Of a stretch of DNA of 64,000 bases, positions 13,280 to 26,200 are shown one piece after another. Below the pieces are notes generated by a model. It did no database searches. It was not told where the DNA came from and saw only the letters and a list, made by a program, of their open reading frames with translations. Source of the stretch: Felis catus (lineage: Eukaryota). Each line of letters opens with the position of its first letter. The stretch's first letter is position 1. Made by a program: the position numbers and the translations under genes. The stretch covers positions 9,674,001-9,738,000 of the forward strand of contig NC_058369.1 in assembly GCF_018350175.1 (NCBI RefSeq), read 5' to 3'.

Positions 13280-13715
13280 ATCTTAATCGGAATTCCCCCA
13301 GAAGTCAACCCTGAGACAAGGATTTGAGGATAAGTCGGTGTTCAGGAAGTAGCCCCCAGGAAGCATCAGTAGGGAACAGGGAGGTCAGGTGAAGAGAGAA
13401 GGTACCCAGTAAAGCACCCAGTAAGGATGCATTGGTGAGCAAGGTATCGTGTGACCAGTTACCCACGTGGGTAACTGGAGATTAATCCCCCTGGGGAAGT
13501 CTGGGAGCCAGTGGAGAACTTGCCCCCGAGAGTACGCCCATCTGTGGGGTGAGGGATGCTGGGGTATTGATCCTTTGCCTTCTGTCGGTGATTACTGCAA
13601 AGGCCGCTCCCAGGGGACTTTGATGCCCCAGCATTTCCGGCTGCCACAGGGCCCAAACGGACCCTGGCTGCAAGAGAAAGCCCCTGGGCAGACACATTCC
13701 GGTCATTGTTCACTA
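13280..13715. mobile_element. ERVL-class (LTR16/LTR33-like) LTR remnant; related fragments near 11285 and 17840-18200
   Basis: Recurring motif ccccagaag...ccctgagacaaggatt...cccaggaagca...gggag at three loci. Confidence 0.5.
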
Positions 13716-13900
13716 GGATGTTGAAGAAGAGGGAAGCATGTGACCTTGAGCTTCTGGGGATGAGAATCTTGGCATAGAAGCCACAGTAACCTTTTGTGGC
13801 CCATCAATCGTGTGATGCGTGTAAAACTGAGAGGTTCCATGAACCAGGCAGGGTAAGTTACAGGAGAAAAGCACCCCCCCCCTTTTAAAACTGTGGTACA

Positions 13901-14127
13901 GGGGCGCCTGGGTGGCCCAGTCAGTTAAGCGTCCGACTTTGGCTGCAGTCATGATCTCGCGGTTTGTGAGTTCGAGCCCCGCGTCAGGCTCTGTGCTCAC
14001 AGCTCAGAGCCTGGAGCCTGCTTTGGACTCTGTGTCTCCCTCTCTCTCTCTCTCTCTCTCTGCCCCTCCCCTGCTCACACTGTGTGTGTGTGCGTGTGCG
14101 TGTGTGTGCGTCAAAAATAAACAAACA

Positions 14128-14171
<44 letters not shown>

Positions 14172-14190
14172 AAAATAAAACTGTGGCACA
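13901..14190 (+). mobile_element. CanSINE with (TAAA)n tail
   Basis: TSD aaaactgtgg(t/c)aca. Confidence 0.92.
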
Positions 14191-14625
14191 AATGCATAAG
14201 ATTTACCATCTTAACCATTTTTAAGTGTACATTTCAGGGGCATTAAGCGCATTCACACTGTGGTGCAACCATCCGTCTCCAGAATTCTTTTCATCTTGCA
14301 AAACCGAAAAACTCTGTCCCCACTGAACACCGACTCCCTAGCCCCTCCCCCCGCCCCTGGCTCCCCCCATCCTACTTCCTGTCTCCATGAATGTGACTCC
14401 TCCGGGGACCTCATAGAAGTGGGTTCGTGCAGTCCTTTTGTGACCGTCTTATTTCACTCGGCGCGGTGTTTCCACGGTTCGGCCCTCTTGTAGCAGCTAT
14501 CGGGACTTCGGTTCTCTTTAGGGTGATTAAAATTCTGCCGTATGTGTAGACCCCTTTTTGTGTAGACCCCGTTTTGTGTATCCGCTCCTCGGCTGACGCT
14601 GACACTTGGGCTGTTTCCATTCCTT
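14190..14625 (-). mobile_element. L1MB-like 3' end fragment
   Basis: tttaccatcttaaccatttttaagtgtaca...gcattaag...cttttcatcttgcaaaac...gacacttgggctgtttcca. Confidence 0.75.
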
Positions 14626-15755
14626 AGCAGTTAGGATCAACCCTGCTGTGAAGATTTTTTGGAGGCGAAAAAGACCCCCCACTGTTGGATTCTGAAGTCC
14701 ATCACTGCCAAGGCCATGCCTCCCATGAGCTGCTTCCTGCCAGTTACTGAGTAGAACAGGGACATTAAGGCAGGCCAGGTCCTGGGAGACACAGGACTCC
14801 TCTGGGACAAGAAAATGAGCTTGATGGCCTGGCCAGATCCCTCAGAGCTGCCCTGCCGCCTAATCTGCTCCCCTCCCCCTCCCCTCCCTCCCTCACTCTC
14901 CCTGCGGTACATCGCTAATGGCCCTCCATCACCATCCCCAACAATCTGTCACATGGCTAAACACATCTTGACCTCCGCGCCTTGGATGTTCCAGATCCGC
15001 CAGGGAAACCATTTGCCGAACGCTCCACTGACTTCCCATGAGCAAAACAATCCTCCTTCGGATGCCATGAAACCACAATTCCCAGGTCATGATTCAGAAA
15101 CCAGGAAGCTGGACCAAAACTTCTCTTGACACGCACAAAGCTAGGCCCCGGGCATTGGAATTCTGCTGGGGAATAAAAATGAGAAACCAAGGTCTCGCCA
15201 GCCATCCTTGCTAGTGCTGACCCCTAGAAGCAGCAAAGAGCTGGCCCCCAGCTCACCGCACCTTCCAAACCTACTGAGCTTCCAGCTGGTCGGACCGAAT
15301 TCATCTCCAGCATTCTAGCTGCAAAAGGGATGCTTTGAAGGGCCACGTTTTGCGGCCCAGGCTCTGCGTCACAAGAAACTGTGTCAGAAGGACATTGGGA
15401 CGGAGGCCGGGTACACATCCGCCTACACTGAACGCCAGACAAAACCTTTTAGGACACTCGTTCTTTGACCTTTTCCAACTTGCGTGGATTTTCCTATAAA
15501 CAAAAGTAGCTGTCCCACCGTCCTAATGACGGGCGTCTTCGACCGGATGGCCTCAAGGGCAACCCTGCGGATTAAGCATCTCAGCGCCCGTGTGTGGTTT
15601 ACGGCGGAGGGGAGCCCAGGAAGCGGGGTGAAGGAGCGGAGAAGCCAGATACAGAAGGGAAGCCAGTTAAAGGTGGGACAGTGAGCACTGTATTGGTTAG
15701 CTACTGCCGTGTAACAAGTGATCCAAAACCTAGCAATTTAGAACAGCACACTTTA

Positions 15756-16292
15756 GGGGCAGCTGGGTGGCTCAGTTGGTTAAGCGTCCGATTTTTGGCC
15801 CAGGTCATGATCTCGCGGTTTGTGGGTTCGAGCCCCGCGTCAGGTTCTGTGCTGGCAGTGTAATGTAGCAGGATTCTCGCGTAGAAAGCCAGTGACACTG
15901 AGGCTTTCCTTTCCAGGAAGCGACTATTTCCGCTGGCTCCGCTCAGGTGGGTTCCGAATGAAGAACTGACCCCCGAACACCACGTGGTGTGGTTTTTTAT
16001 TTACGTTTCACTTGTTTGTCTCCCATATATGGGAACACACAAAGGCGTAGTCTGATTAAGTGGTCTCGCGTTACAAGGTCATTGAGGGCTGAGGTCGCGT
16101 AAGCTTATAGCCAGGTTGCCTTGAGGGTTTTTGTTTTTGTTTTTCCTTAGGGAGGGGACCCTGCCACAACAGCTCGGGGCGGAGCCTGTTTCTGATCCTG
16201 TGTCTCCCTCTCTCTCTGCCCCTCCCCCACTTGCACTCTGTGTGTCTTTCTCTGTCAAAAATAAATAAACATTAAAAAAATTAAAAAAAAAA
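15756..16292 (+). mobile_element. CanSINE split by the solo LTR
   Basis: 5' tRNA-like head at 15756-15858; CT-rich body and A-tail at 16169-16292. Confidence 0.9.
15859..16168 (-). mobile_element. Solo ERV LTR (~310 bp) inserted inside a CanSINE
   Basis: TG...CA ends, near-terminal inverted repeat TGTAGCAGG/CCTGCCACA, 4-bp (g/a)cag duplication, and the SINE sequence resumes on the far side. The minus strand has TATA-like TAAATAAAA followed by TTCGGGG. Confidence 0.75.
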
Positions 16293-16495
16293 AGAGAGAG
16301 CTCTGTGGGATTTCTTTCGTAAGGTTACTGATCCCGTTGAGGTGGGCTCTACCCTCCAGACCTGATTACACCCCCAAAGTCTCACCTCCAAATGCCATCC
16401 CATCGGGGGTTAGGATCTCCACGTATGAACTCTGGAGGGATGCAAACATTCAGACCGTAACACTCACACGGGCTGAGAACAACGGCCTTAATCAG

Positions 16496-16951
16496 TGTAG
16501 TGGGTTGAATGACAGTCTTCCAAAGGAGATGTCCGTGCCCTAAACCCCAGAACCGGTGAATGTGACCTCATTTGGAAAAAAAGAGTCTTTCGGGATGTAA
16601 TCAAGGATCTCGAGATGAGACCATCCTGGATTGCAGGCGCACCCTGGTTCCAGTGATTGCCGTCCTCAGAGGAGGTAACACACAGAGACCTGCGCAGAGA
16701 AGGAGGCTGTGGGATGGCAGAGGCGGAGATTGGAGTGATACGGCCCCACGCCAAGAAATGCCCAGGGTCTTTGGAAACCACCGGAAGCCAGGACAGAGAG
16801 GCACGGGGTGAATTCTCCCTCGGAGCGTCCAGAGGGAACCAAACTTGCCAACACCTTGATTTTGGACTCCTGACCCCCAGAACGTACACGTTTCTGTTTC
16901 TGAAGCCACTGTCTGTGATCAGCTGTCACAAAAGCCTTAGGAAACCAACAC
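16496..16951 (+). mobile_element. MLT1C/D-like MaLR LTR
   Basis: tgtagtgggttgaat...gaatgtgacctcatttggaaa...ggatctcgagatgagaccatcctggatt...ggaaaccaacaca. Confidence 0.75.
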
Positions 16952-18936
16952 AGGCTGCAGGCAGTGGTTGGTGTAAAAGAGGACTGCTTACCCGTGACCT
17001 CTGAGGCGGTCCAAGGTCACAGGATCGCCAATAACGCCTGCTACAGCAGGATGCAACTTTTTTTTCCTATCTCTGTAAACCTGTTATAAATGCTACCAAG
17101 AAATCACCAAGGCGACGGGGCTTCATTCCCTGCGGAGGGAGAGCTGACATTGGCTGTATTTCTGACTATACAGCATCTAACCTTCTACCTTCCCATTAGC
17201 ACCCCTTTTTCCCTTGGTGGGGCGCGGGGGTGAAATTCCCCGCGGGCAGGAGTCTTCGCACAAGGGCTGTTTCCAACACCAATGTCCTGGGGCAGGCATG
17301 GGATCCACGCGTGGCCAACCCCGGCCTCGGCTCATTGCTTTGACTCCAGGATCCCTTGGGAATGCCTAACGGACAGTGGCAGAGTAGCACGTGGCCAGCA
17401 CTGTGTTCCATGCGACCTTGGCTCTGACGCCTCTTGCTGGCCCCCAAGGAGGCAGGCTCATCCAACACAGACGTGCCGAGGATAAGCTTCCTACAAACCC
17501 TTTAATCCAGCCTGAATGTGCACAGGCATCCCGTGACAATACACAAGTGACCGGGAGAAGGGGGGCACCGAGCCCTGCTGGGAGCCTCCCACCGGCTCCC
17601 CACTACGTCAAATGTCCACTGCGTACTAATAGAAGGATCACTCGGAGCGGAGCTGTGCTCCCAGAGCTGGGGAAACCCGCTGTGCCCGGCTTCTGTTTCA
17701 GGGGATGCTGTCTCCAGGTAACTGGGAAACTTGGAGGAAACTTCTAGATGCTGATAGCAACACCGCTTCTCAGCCCTTCTCTCTCAGTGGGGATTCTCAA
17801 TTCCTGGGTCTGGAGGCTTCTGCCAAGGGATGCAATTGTCTTCTCTCGGGGTCCCCCCCCAGAAGTAGACGCTGGCCCGAGGACTCATGAGCAAATCGCT
17901 CATTTGGGAGATGACCCCAGGAGATACTGGAAGGGGACTGGGGACGTGAGACAGAAAGGGAAGGGCAGCCCGTAATGGGTGCAGTGATAAACAGGCTTCC
18001 CGCATGGGCAGCTGGGGCTCAGCTCTGCTGGGGAACGCTGAGGTCCACACCGTCTCACAGCCATTGCACCTGTCGCAGAGGGAGTTGGGGTCCCAGCATC
18101 CGCTGCTATCTGTCACTGGCTGAGCGCTGCTGGTGGTGGCACGGGTGGGACGTAGCTGTTCCTCCACGGGCACTTCCGGCCCGTGACAACTTTAGAGAAG
18201 GCCCCTGGGCGAGAAGATGCAGACACTGTCAGCCCAGAGCCCGACGCGGGGCTCGAACCCACCGACTGCGAGATCATGACCTGAACCCAAGTCGGGCGCT
18301 TAGCGGACTGAGCCACCCAGGCGCCCCGCTTCTGGTCGATTTCTGAGCACCTCTGGTGTTATTTCTGTACAACCCACCCTTCACATTTAAGACCCACCGA
18401 ATCCACTTCTGCTGCGTGCAGACGAAAACGCGGGCTGCTTGCTCCCCCCTGCCGCCCCACGTGTCCATGTTCGCAGTCCCTGTTTAAGTGCCGCCACCCT
18501 GGCCCAGCCCCCACCATCTCCCTTTCGGTCCAGTACAAATCACCTCTTCTCTGGTCTCTGGGCTTCCAACACCACCCTCCCACCCCCCCCAACAGCCCCC
18601 CCCCGCCCGGCCCCGCCTCTTCCTACCACAGCAGCCAGAGGGACACTCCATGGCTCCCACCTCCTCAAAGCAAAAGCTAAAGGCCTCCCCACCACCTACA
18701 AAGCCCTGCACACTCGGCCTCTTCACAGCCCCGCCATCATCTCCCACTGCTCCCCTCGTCCACTCTGATCCAGCCTCAGGGTCTTTGCACATACTGCTCC
18801 TCTACCTGGAACGTCCTTTCCTAGCTATTCATGGGGCTGGCTTCCTTACTTCCTTCAAATCTTTCCTTGTCACTGAGGCCACACCAAGCCATCCCACCTA
18901 AAATCACACGAACCCTGTTTTTAAACGTAGGTTTTC

Positions 18937-19680
18937 TGGTGAGGCCAACAGATCAGAAGATGGGACCACCACAGAAGAAGGTAGTTTGTTATTCTTGGTT
19001 CCCATGAGGAGGGGGCATGCCATGCCGTGCGAGGGCACAGGGGAAGCACCAGGGTCAGGCAGGAGGTGGGGAGAGTAAAGGGACACACGGGCGGGTGTTC
19101 CTGCAGAAAGGAACAGTTGAGGCAGGATGGGCAGGCTCAGAATTGACTAGTCTGAATAATTGCAGTGGGTTCTGGAGCATAAGAACCGTCCCGAGGGGCG
19201 CCTGGGTGGCTAAGTCGGTTGGGCGACCGACTTCGGCTCAGGTCATGATCTTGCGGTTTGTGAGTTCGAGCCCCGCGTCGGGCTCTGTGCTGACAGCTCG
19301 GAGCCTGGAGCCTGCTTTGGATTCTGTGTCTCCCTCTCTCTCTGCCCCTCCCCTGCTCACTCTCTGTCTCTCTCTCTCAAAGAATAAATAAATATTAAAA
19401 ATTAAAACAAAAAAAGCACTGCCCCTCCTTGTCTGATATCTGGCCTTGGGGTTAATAAGGCAGGTGGAGGGGCGCCCGGGGGGCTCAGTGGGGTGGCACC
19501 CAACTCTTGATTTTGGCTCAGGTCATGATCTTGCAGGTCGTGAGTTCAAGCTCCATGTCGGGCTCCACACTGACAGCACAGAGCCTGCTTGGGAGTCTCT
19601 CTCGCTTCCTCTCTCTCTGCCTCTCCCCCACTGGTGCGCGCACGCTCGCTCTCTCTCAAAATGAATCAATAAACGTTAAG
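18937..19680. mobile_element. ERVL-class LTR (MER76-like) with two CanSINE insertions (19195, 19468)
   Basis: tgaggccaacagatcag...ggggaagcaccagggtc...gaataatt...; clearly paralogous to 27635-28125. Confidence 0.6.
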
Positions 19681-20539
19681 TTTATTTTAGTGGCCTCTCT
19701 GATTGGACCCTGGAGCACTGAATTTTCTTGCAAGCCCCGTAGAGCAGGAAATCTGCCTGGCGTTCAGAATCCAGGATGGAGGGAAACCATATCATGTGAC
19801 CATGAACTTCTCAGACTTGAGCCACTCACAGGAGTGGGCATCTCTGGGCAGTGGGCGAGTCCCCTCGTCCTGAGCTAGTGGAAGGGGATACTTCTCCCTG
19901 GAGGTGACTCTTGGTCACATTTTTCCTTCACCCCCTCTTCTGTCCTAAAAATAGCCAGGATGCTGGGAGCTGTTGAGGCTGCACGGAGCTATTTTTAACA
20001 GATCCAGGAGTTGTGGCCAGGCTGGGCTTAGCTACAGCAAAGGGATATCAGTGGGTGGTCTCACCTCGGAGAGGTTTTTGAGCATCCCTATAATGCGCAA
20101 GTTCCGATTTCTGACTTAGCAGATGATGAAAATTGAAAGTTATTAGGGAAGAAGAAGAGGAGTGAGTGAAGTGCAATCATTCATTCATTCATTCGTGCAG
20201 CGTCAGGCTCTGTTCTGGGCAACTGGGAAAACAGGAGACAACAAAGACAAAAGAAACCCGTTCCCGGGAAATAAACAGGAAGAGCTTAGAATATCTGCTT
20301 GTGTCAGAAAGCAAGGAAGGGACTTTCAAAAACTAAAGAATTCTGTCAAAGGAACACACGAGCTAGATTGAAGGGATTCTCACTTGTCAAAATTCCCATA
20401 ACATTCTGCTGTTAGCCAAAAGTCAGTGTCCTACAAACCTGGCTTGGAGATGTGAAATGCAATTTCTTCCCGTTCCAATTAAGGCAATGAAACAAACAGA
20501 CTGGTTCACATAACAAAAAAATAGCCAAATACCAGGGAT

Positions 20540-20742
20540 TTTTTTTAAGTTTATTTATTTATTTTGAGGAAGAGCGAGGGAGCAGGGGAGGGGCAGAGAG
20601 AGAGGGAGAGAGAGCATCCCAAGCAGGCTCCGTGCTGTCAGCGCAGAGCCTGACATGGGGCTCAAACCCACAGACCATGAGATCATGACCTGAGCCAAAA
20701 TCAAGAGTCGGATGCTTAACTGACGGAGCCACCTAGGTGCCC
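20540..20742 (-). mobile_element. CanSINE
   Basis: Reverse-complement SINE structure. Confidence 0.88.
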
Positions 20743-21334
20743 GCCACCCTGTTCTATATGCCTCAGGATCACACTTGATCCTAGCCACAAACACAGCAAG
20801 GTGGACGCCAACTACCCAGTGTCTCACAGAAGAAGAAACGGAGCTTTCAGACTCTTTAAAGCACATTGTAGCAAAGGAGGAGGAGGAGGGAGGAGAAAGT
20901 ATTTCAGTCGTAGTCGTTTCCTCTTTCCGAACGTGAATAAGCCTATCAATTAGAATTCAACTCTGTTGCATAGATCGGAAAGCTCAAATAACAAGAGAGG
21001 CGTGCTTTTCTCGCATGTAGGTTTACGGTGGTAGGCAGTTCACAGCTGGAAGGGCACCTTTCTGTTTTCTCCTCCTTGGCTTTCATCCTCAAGGATGTGT
21101 CTCGTAGCCACAAAATGCATGCCACAGCCCCAGCCATCGTATCCATGTTCTGGCACTATTAAGAGGGAAAGGGCTAGGGGCACATCTCCCAACTGAGTCC
21201 TCGCTGTTAAAGAGTTACTAGAAGCTCCCCTCGGTAACTTCCACGTATATTTCATTGGGCCACGGCCGTCTGCATTAAAGGTTAGGAAGTGTACGTTTTG
21301 GGTTTTTGGTTTTGGTGTTTTTTTTGTTGTTGTT

Positions 21335-21404
21335 GTTTTTGTTTTTGTTTTTGTTTTTGTTTTTGTTTTTGTTTTTGTTTTTGTTTTTGTTTTTGTTTTT
21401 GTTT
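21335..21404. repeat. (TTTTTG)n microsatellite
   Basis: About 11 tandem units; the source of the spurious KTKTKT ORF. Confidence 0.95.
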
Positions 21405-21928
21405 TAGCTGAGCACCTTGTCATCCCCAACAAATACCGGTATGGGGGTGAGGGGGTTTCTGTTGGAACAAAGAATAGAAAAGACGGGGACTGAGGATATA
21501 GTCAGCAGTGTCTGTACATTTAAGCCTGCTGCCTTTTCCTTCCGGTTTTTATTTCTTGCACAGGGATTCTAGCACCAGCCTGTCTTCCAGCTGCCCAAAC
21601 TGGGGGCTTTTGCTTGCCACCAAACCCCGCTTTGCCACACAGAAGCCACGGAATGAATGCCCTGGCCAGCAGCTCTCAACCAGTAACTGACCGAGTCGGT
21701 GGGTGAATGCCCAGCTCCCTGAGGCTGTGCCCTATGCTGGTTACCAGGCGTCCCCAGCAGGATTAAGCCTCAGCTGCTCCACAGAAAATTACTTGAAACA
21801 CACCCTTTCGTTGTTTTCCTTTCCTTCACACCCGCCTCCCCCTCACCAGAGTGGGGAGGGGGTGTCACCTCCAAAATAACCTACTTCACATCCTTGTCTT
21901 GGCATCTCCTTTAGGAGAAACTCAGGCT

Positions 21929-22108
21929 GGGGCGCCTGGGTGGCTCAGTCAATTAAGCGTCCGATTCTCGATCCTCAATGTCGGCTCAGGTCGTGATCTC
22001 ATGGTTCATGAGTTGGAGCCCCACATCGGGCTCTGCGCTGACCGCGGGGAGCCTGCTTGGGATTCTCTGTCTCCCTTTCTCTCTGCTCCTCCCCAACTCA
22101 CGCTCTAA

Positions 22109-22154
<46 letters not shown>

Positions 22155-22200
22155 ATAAGCATTTAAAATAAAAAAAAAAGGAGGAACTTAAGCTGAAAAA
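21929..22200 (+). mobile_element. CanSINE
   Basis: Head, long (CT)n tract and A-tail. Confidence 0.9.
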
Positions 22201-22424
22201 AAAAAAAAAAAAGAAAGGCGTGTAAAAAGAACATCCACAATCCCATTACACTAATATTTCAACTTTTTTTCAGACAAACTTTCTTTCAGTCACTGCATTC
22301 AGTCTGCTGCATTCCTCAGTGTGCTCTGGCAGTTTCTGTGATGCTGGGGGTGAAGAGTGGCTCTGGTGATTAAATCATTGCCGAAAAGGACCAGCTCTAG
22401 AACCCCCACCTGCCTACGCTTTTA

Positions 22425-22890
22425 ACCTTTTGATTTTGAACTAATCACAGATGCCCGGGGAATTGCAAAGAAAGGTACAGGAAGGTTCTGTGCACCCTTC
22501 ACCAAGCCTCTCCCGAGGGTAACATCGTGCATGACTGTCATTCAGCCTCAAACCAGAAATTGACATGAGTGCAATTCTCCAATTTGCGGAACTCATTCAG
22601 ATCTCGTCAGTTACAGATGCATTGGTGAATGTGTGTGTGTGTACCCACGTGTGTGTGTCTTGCGTGTGTCTGGGGGGTGTGCTTAGCGCTCTGCAATCCT
22701 GTCACGCAGAGCTTTATGTAACCACCACCACAAGTGAGGAATTTAACTGGAACGTCACAAGACTCTGTCTTGCTAGTCTCAAGCCACTAATCTGCTGTCC
22801 GTCTCTGTAATTGTATCACAAATGTTATATAAATGGAGTCATGCAATCTGTATCCCTCTGCGATTGGCTTTTTTTCACTCCACTTAATGT
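22425..22890 (-). mobile_element. Old L1 (L1MC/MD-like) 3' fragment
   Basis: aattgcaaagaaaggtacag...cccttcacc...taacatc...ataaatggagtcatgca...ttggcttttttcact. Confidence 0.6.
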
Positions 22891-23879
22891 CCTCGCCTGG
22901 CTTCAGCCTGGTCAACCACAGCGTCGTGAGAAATAACAATGGTGGTCGCTCTAAACCACTACGTTTGGGGACATTTTGTTACTCAGCTGTAGATAAATGG
23001 GTCGTGTGGGCGAGAAACAAACCTTATTGTTTTTCAAGTCCCTAAAATTTAGCCCATCCTGCTCTCGCTGGGTTCACCCTCCGCCAAAGCTGGGGTTTCA
23101 AATATCTGAGCAGAACATCGGCCTTAAATAAATGTGATTTACTTGGTCCTGTGAGAGATTCAGGGTCTGCCTGCTATGGACGGTCAAGAGCACTGGCCTC
23201 TCTAAATGTCTGCTTTTCAAAAGGGACGTGTTCTGACCCCTTTTATCACCCTGGAGATACCCAAACACAATTCTCTTGCCATATTCAAGGTACTAAGAGG
23301 CAGGCCCGTGTTTAGTGGAAAGAACAAGCCTTGTTCAAAGCTCACCCCTACGTTCTCCTACATTTCCCAGACTCCCTTGCAGTAGGGACAGCCCACGTGA
23401 CTCATTCTAGCCAATAGATGATCACGACTGGGGCGGAGGCAGTAGAGAGCAGGTGCATCCCTCCAGAGATGGCAGGGTGAGCCTTGGGAGAGGTGGTGCT
23501 GCTGAGCAGTGTTGGAAGGTTGGCTGGCTGAGTCCCTGCTCCGCGGTGAGCCCTGCTGACCAGCTTTACAGAAAGGAGAAGCAATCTTGTCCTGGGGGCA
23601 GCCGCTAAAGTTTCCAATTTGCTTGTTATCGCCGCTGAATGGAGCCTGACGCTGACTCGCGAGCCTACTTTCTGGGCAAAGGAAGACTTCTTGAGGACAT
23701 TTTACAGACATTACCTTTCATTTTCCCCACAGCTACAATGTGTGTAATTCCTTTTGCAAGAGAAACTCACAGAACTTAGCGAAGAACCAAGATCAATGGG
23801 CAGCGGTTTGCTGATCCCATTGTTTTCATGAGAGAGGAAAAAATCATTTATTACACAGGGACTCTCAAGGAGTCTCTTC

Positions 23880-24096
23880 ATTTTTTTTTAAGTTTATTTT
23901 TTTTAACCTTTTATTTATTTTTGAGAGAGAGAGAGAGCAAGCACAAGTGGGGGAGGGGCAGAGGGAGGGAGACACAGAATCCGAAGCAGGCTCCAGGCTC
24001 CCAGCTGTCAGCACAGAGCCTGACGCGGGGCTCGAACCCACGAACCGTGAGATCATGACCTAAGCTGAAGTTGGACGCTTAACCACCCAGGCACCC
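23880..24096 (-). mobile_element. CanSINE
   Basis: Reverse-complement SINE; flanked by aag(ga/ac)gtctctt. Confidence 0.9.
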
Positions 24097-24928
24097 CAAG
24101 ACGTCTCTTGAAAGGGACTCTCTAGGAGTCCTCTCCCAGGAGTGATGCACATGAGTCATTTCGCCATTCTGGGCCTCAGTTTCCCCATTTGGGAGGCTGA
24201 ATGGAAAAGTCTCTGCAATCCACTGTCTCATCAAAAAAAAAAAATCTCTTGATTGTAATTTCTGTCTGGATAATTTGAGAAAGGAGAGCAGAAAGGAAGT
24301 TTGGAAATAATAATAACAGTTTGGAAATCATTTCCCCTCGTGTGGCAATCCCTAAAGATCACAGAAAGGTTATAGTGTGAATGGAGCAAGGATTCTAAAA
24401 CTTCTCCACTCCTAAGGAACCTGATGTCCTAAATTTAAACTTGGCAGAGTTTTTGGCAACCCCCTCCTGCCTCTTTCTGCCAACGAACTCTCTGAAATTA
24501 ACAAATGGCCTGTTTGCTTTTCTGTTTGGTCTGTCCTCAGTACCGGAAAGGTTCTGCGTGCCCAAAACTGATTACATCCAAATTTACTTGGAGTTTTTTC
24601 TTCTCCTGTCTGCTGTTGTGTCCTCAGTTTGAAAGGTCACGTTCATCAAATTAGAATAAGAGAGGTTCATCATGCAAACATTTCTTGTAAATGCCTAAGT
24701 GCCTGGGGCAGGATAAGGAGGAAAAAAAAAAAAAAAAAAACTTTGCCAACAGAAAACTAATTATAATAACAGCTCAGGCACAGTCCTTGAGTTGTACATA
24801 TATTAAATTCAGCAGCATTGGACTTTAACTGCCTGATCGGCTCTGTGTACATGATTTCATTTGCCCAAACCATTCCAATAAATGTGTGGTGTATAAAAAT
24901 GCAGCTATTACTCTAAACTGTAAAATGT

Positions 24929-25607
24929 TGGGGTGCCTGGCTGGCTCAGTCAGTAGAGTATGCGACTCTTGATCCGGGGGTTGTAGGGTCAAGCCCCATG
25001 TTGGGTGTAAAACCTACTAAACATTTTTTTTTTTTTATGTGAAAGGTGGCATTCTAGAATCATCCAAACAGGGGTGCCTGGTTGGTTCAGTCAGTTGCGT
25101 GTCTGACTTTGGCTCAGGTCATGATCTCGTGGTTGTTGTGTTCGAGCTTTGCGTTGGGCTCTGTGCTGACAGCTTAGAGCCTGGAGCCGGCTTCAGCTTC
25201 TTTGTCGCTCTCTCTCTCTGCTCCTCCCCTGTTTGGGCTCTGTAAAAATAAAATAATCCAGGGGCGCCTGGGTGGCTCAGTCGGTGAAGCATCCGACTTC
25301 GGCTCAGGTCATGATCTCGCGGTCTGTGAGTTCGAGCCCCGCGTCGGGCTCTGGGCTGATGGCTCGGAGCCTGGAGCCTGCTTCCGATTCTGTGTCTCCC
25401 TCTCTCTCTGCCCCTCCCCCGTTCACGCTCTGTCTCTCTGTCTCAAAAATAAATAAACGTTAAAAAAAATAGTAAAATAAAATAATCCAAACAGGGGCAC
25501 CTGGGTGCCAACCGTCCAACTCTGGGTTTTGGCTCAGGTCATGATCTCACGGTTTGTGAGTTCAAGCCCCATGTTGGGCTCTGCATTGACAGTGCAGAGC
25601 CTGCTTG

Positions 25608-25641
<34 letters not shown>

Positions 25642-26200
25642 CCCCTCTCTCTCAAAATAAATAAACATTAAAAAATGAAGAAGAAAAAAGGTTCTGGCTC
25701 GCTCCCGGGTTTCGGCACCAAAAAAACAAATAAATAAAACTAAATTAAAAAATAAAAAATAGGAAAAAAAGAAATGTTAACTGGGGAATCAAGGCGAAGG
25801 ATTTGTGGGTGTTTATTGTACTGTTCTTGTCATTTTCCTATAGGTCTACACATTTTCAAAGTAAAACGTTGACAAAAGAAGTCACCCAGTCTACTTACCC
25901 CCCAAATTTTTATTATTTCAGGTGTGGCACCTGGCGATCAAACTACCCCCTTGTGAGAACCTAATACAGGAAACAGAGCAGGGAGCACCTGGGTGGCTCA
26001 GTCAGCTGAGTGGTTGAGCATCCGACTTCAGCTCCAGTCATGATCGCACGGCTCAGGAGTTCGAGCCCCGCGTCGGGCTCTGTGCTGACAGCTCAGAGCC
26101 TGGAGCCTGCTTCGGATTCTGTGTCTCCCCCTGTCTCTGCCCCTCCCCCCCTTGAAAATAAATCAACAGTAAAACTTAAAAAAGGAAAAAACAGAGGAAA
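24929..26200 (+). mobile_element. Stack of five + strand CanSINEs (~24929, 25071, 25261, 25494, 25980)
   Basis: Repeated heads with recurring junction aat(c/a)atcca(aaca). Confidence 0.9.

Larger units (their letters stand above)
15689..16461 (-). mobile_element. MaLR (MLT1-type) LTR remnant interrupted by the SINE/LTR
   Basis: tgtattggttagctactgccgtgtaacaa... left end and ...caaacattcagaccgtaaca right end resemble MLT1 termini. Confidence 0.6.

Noticed and set aside
21040..21432. ORF with KTKTKT repeat
   Set aside because: Translation of a (TTTTTG)n microsatellite.
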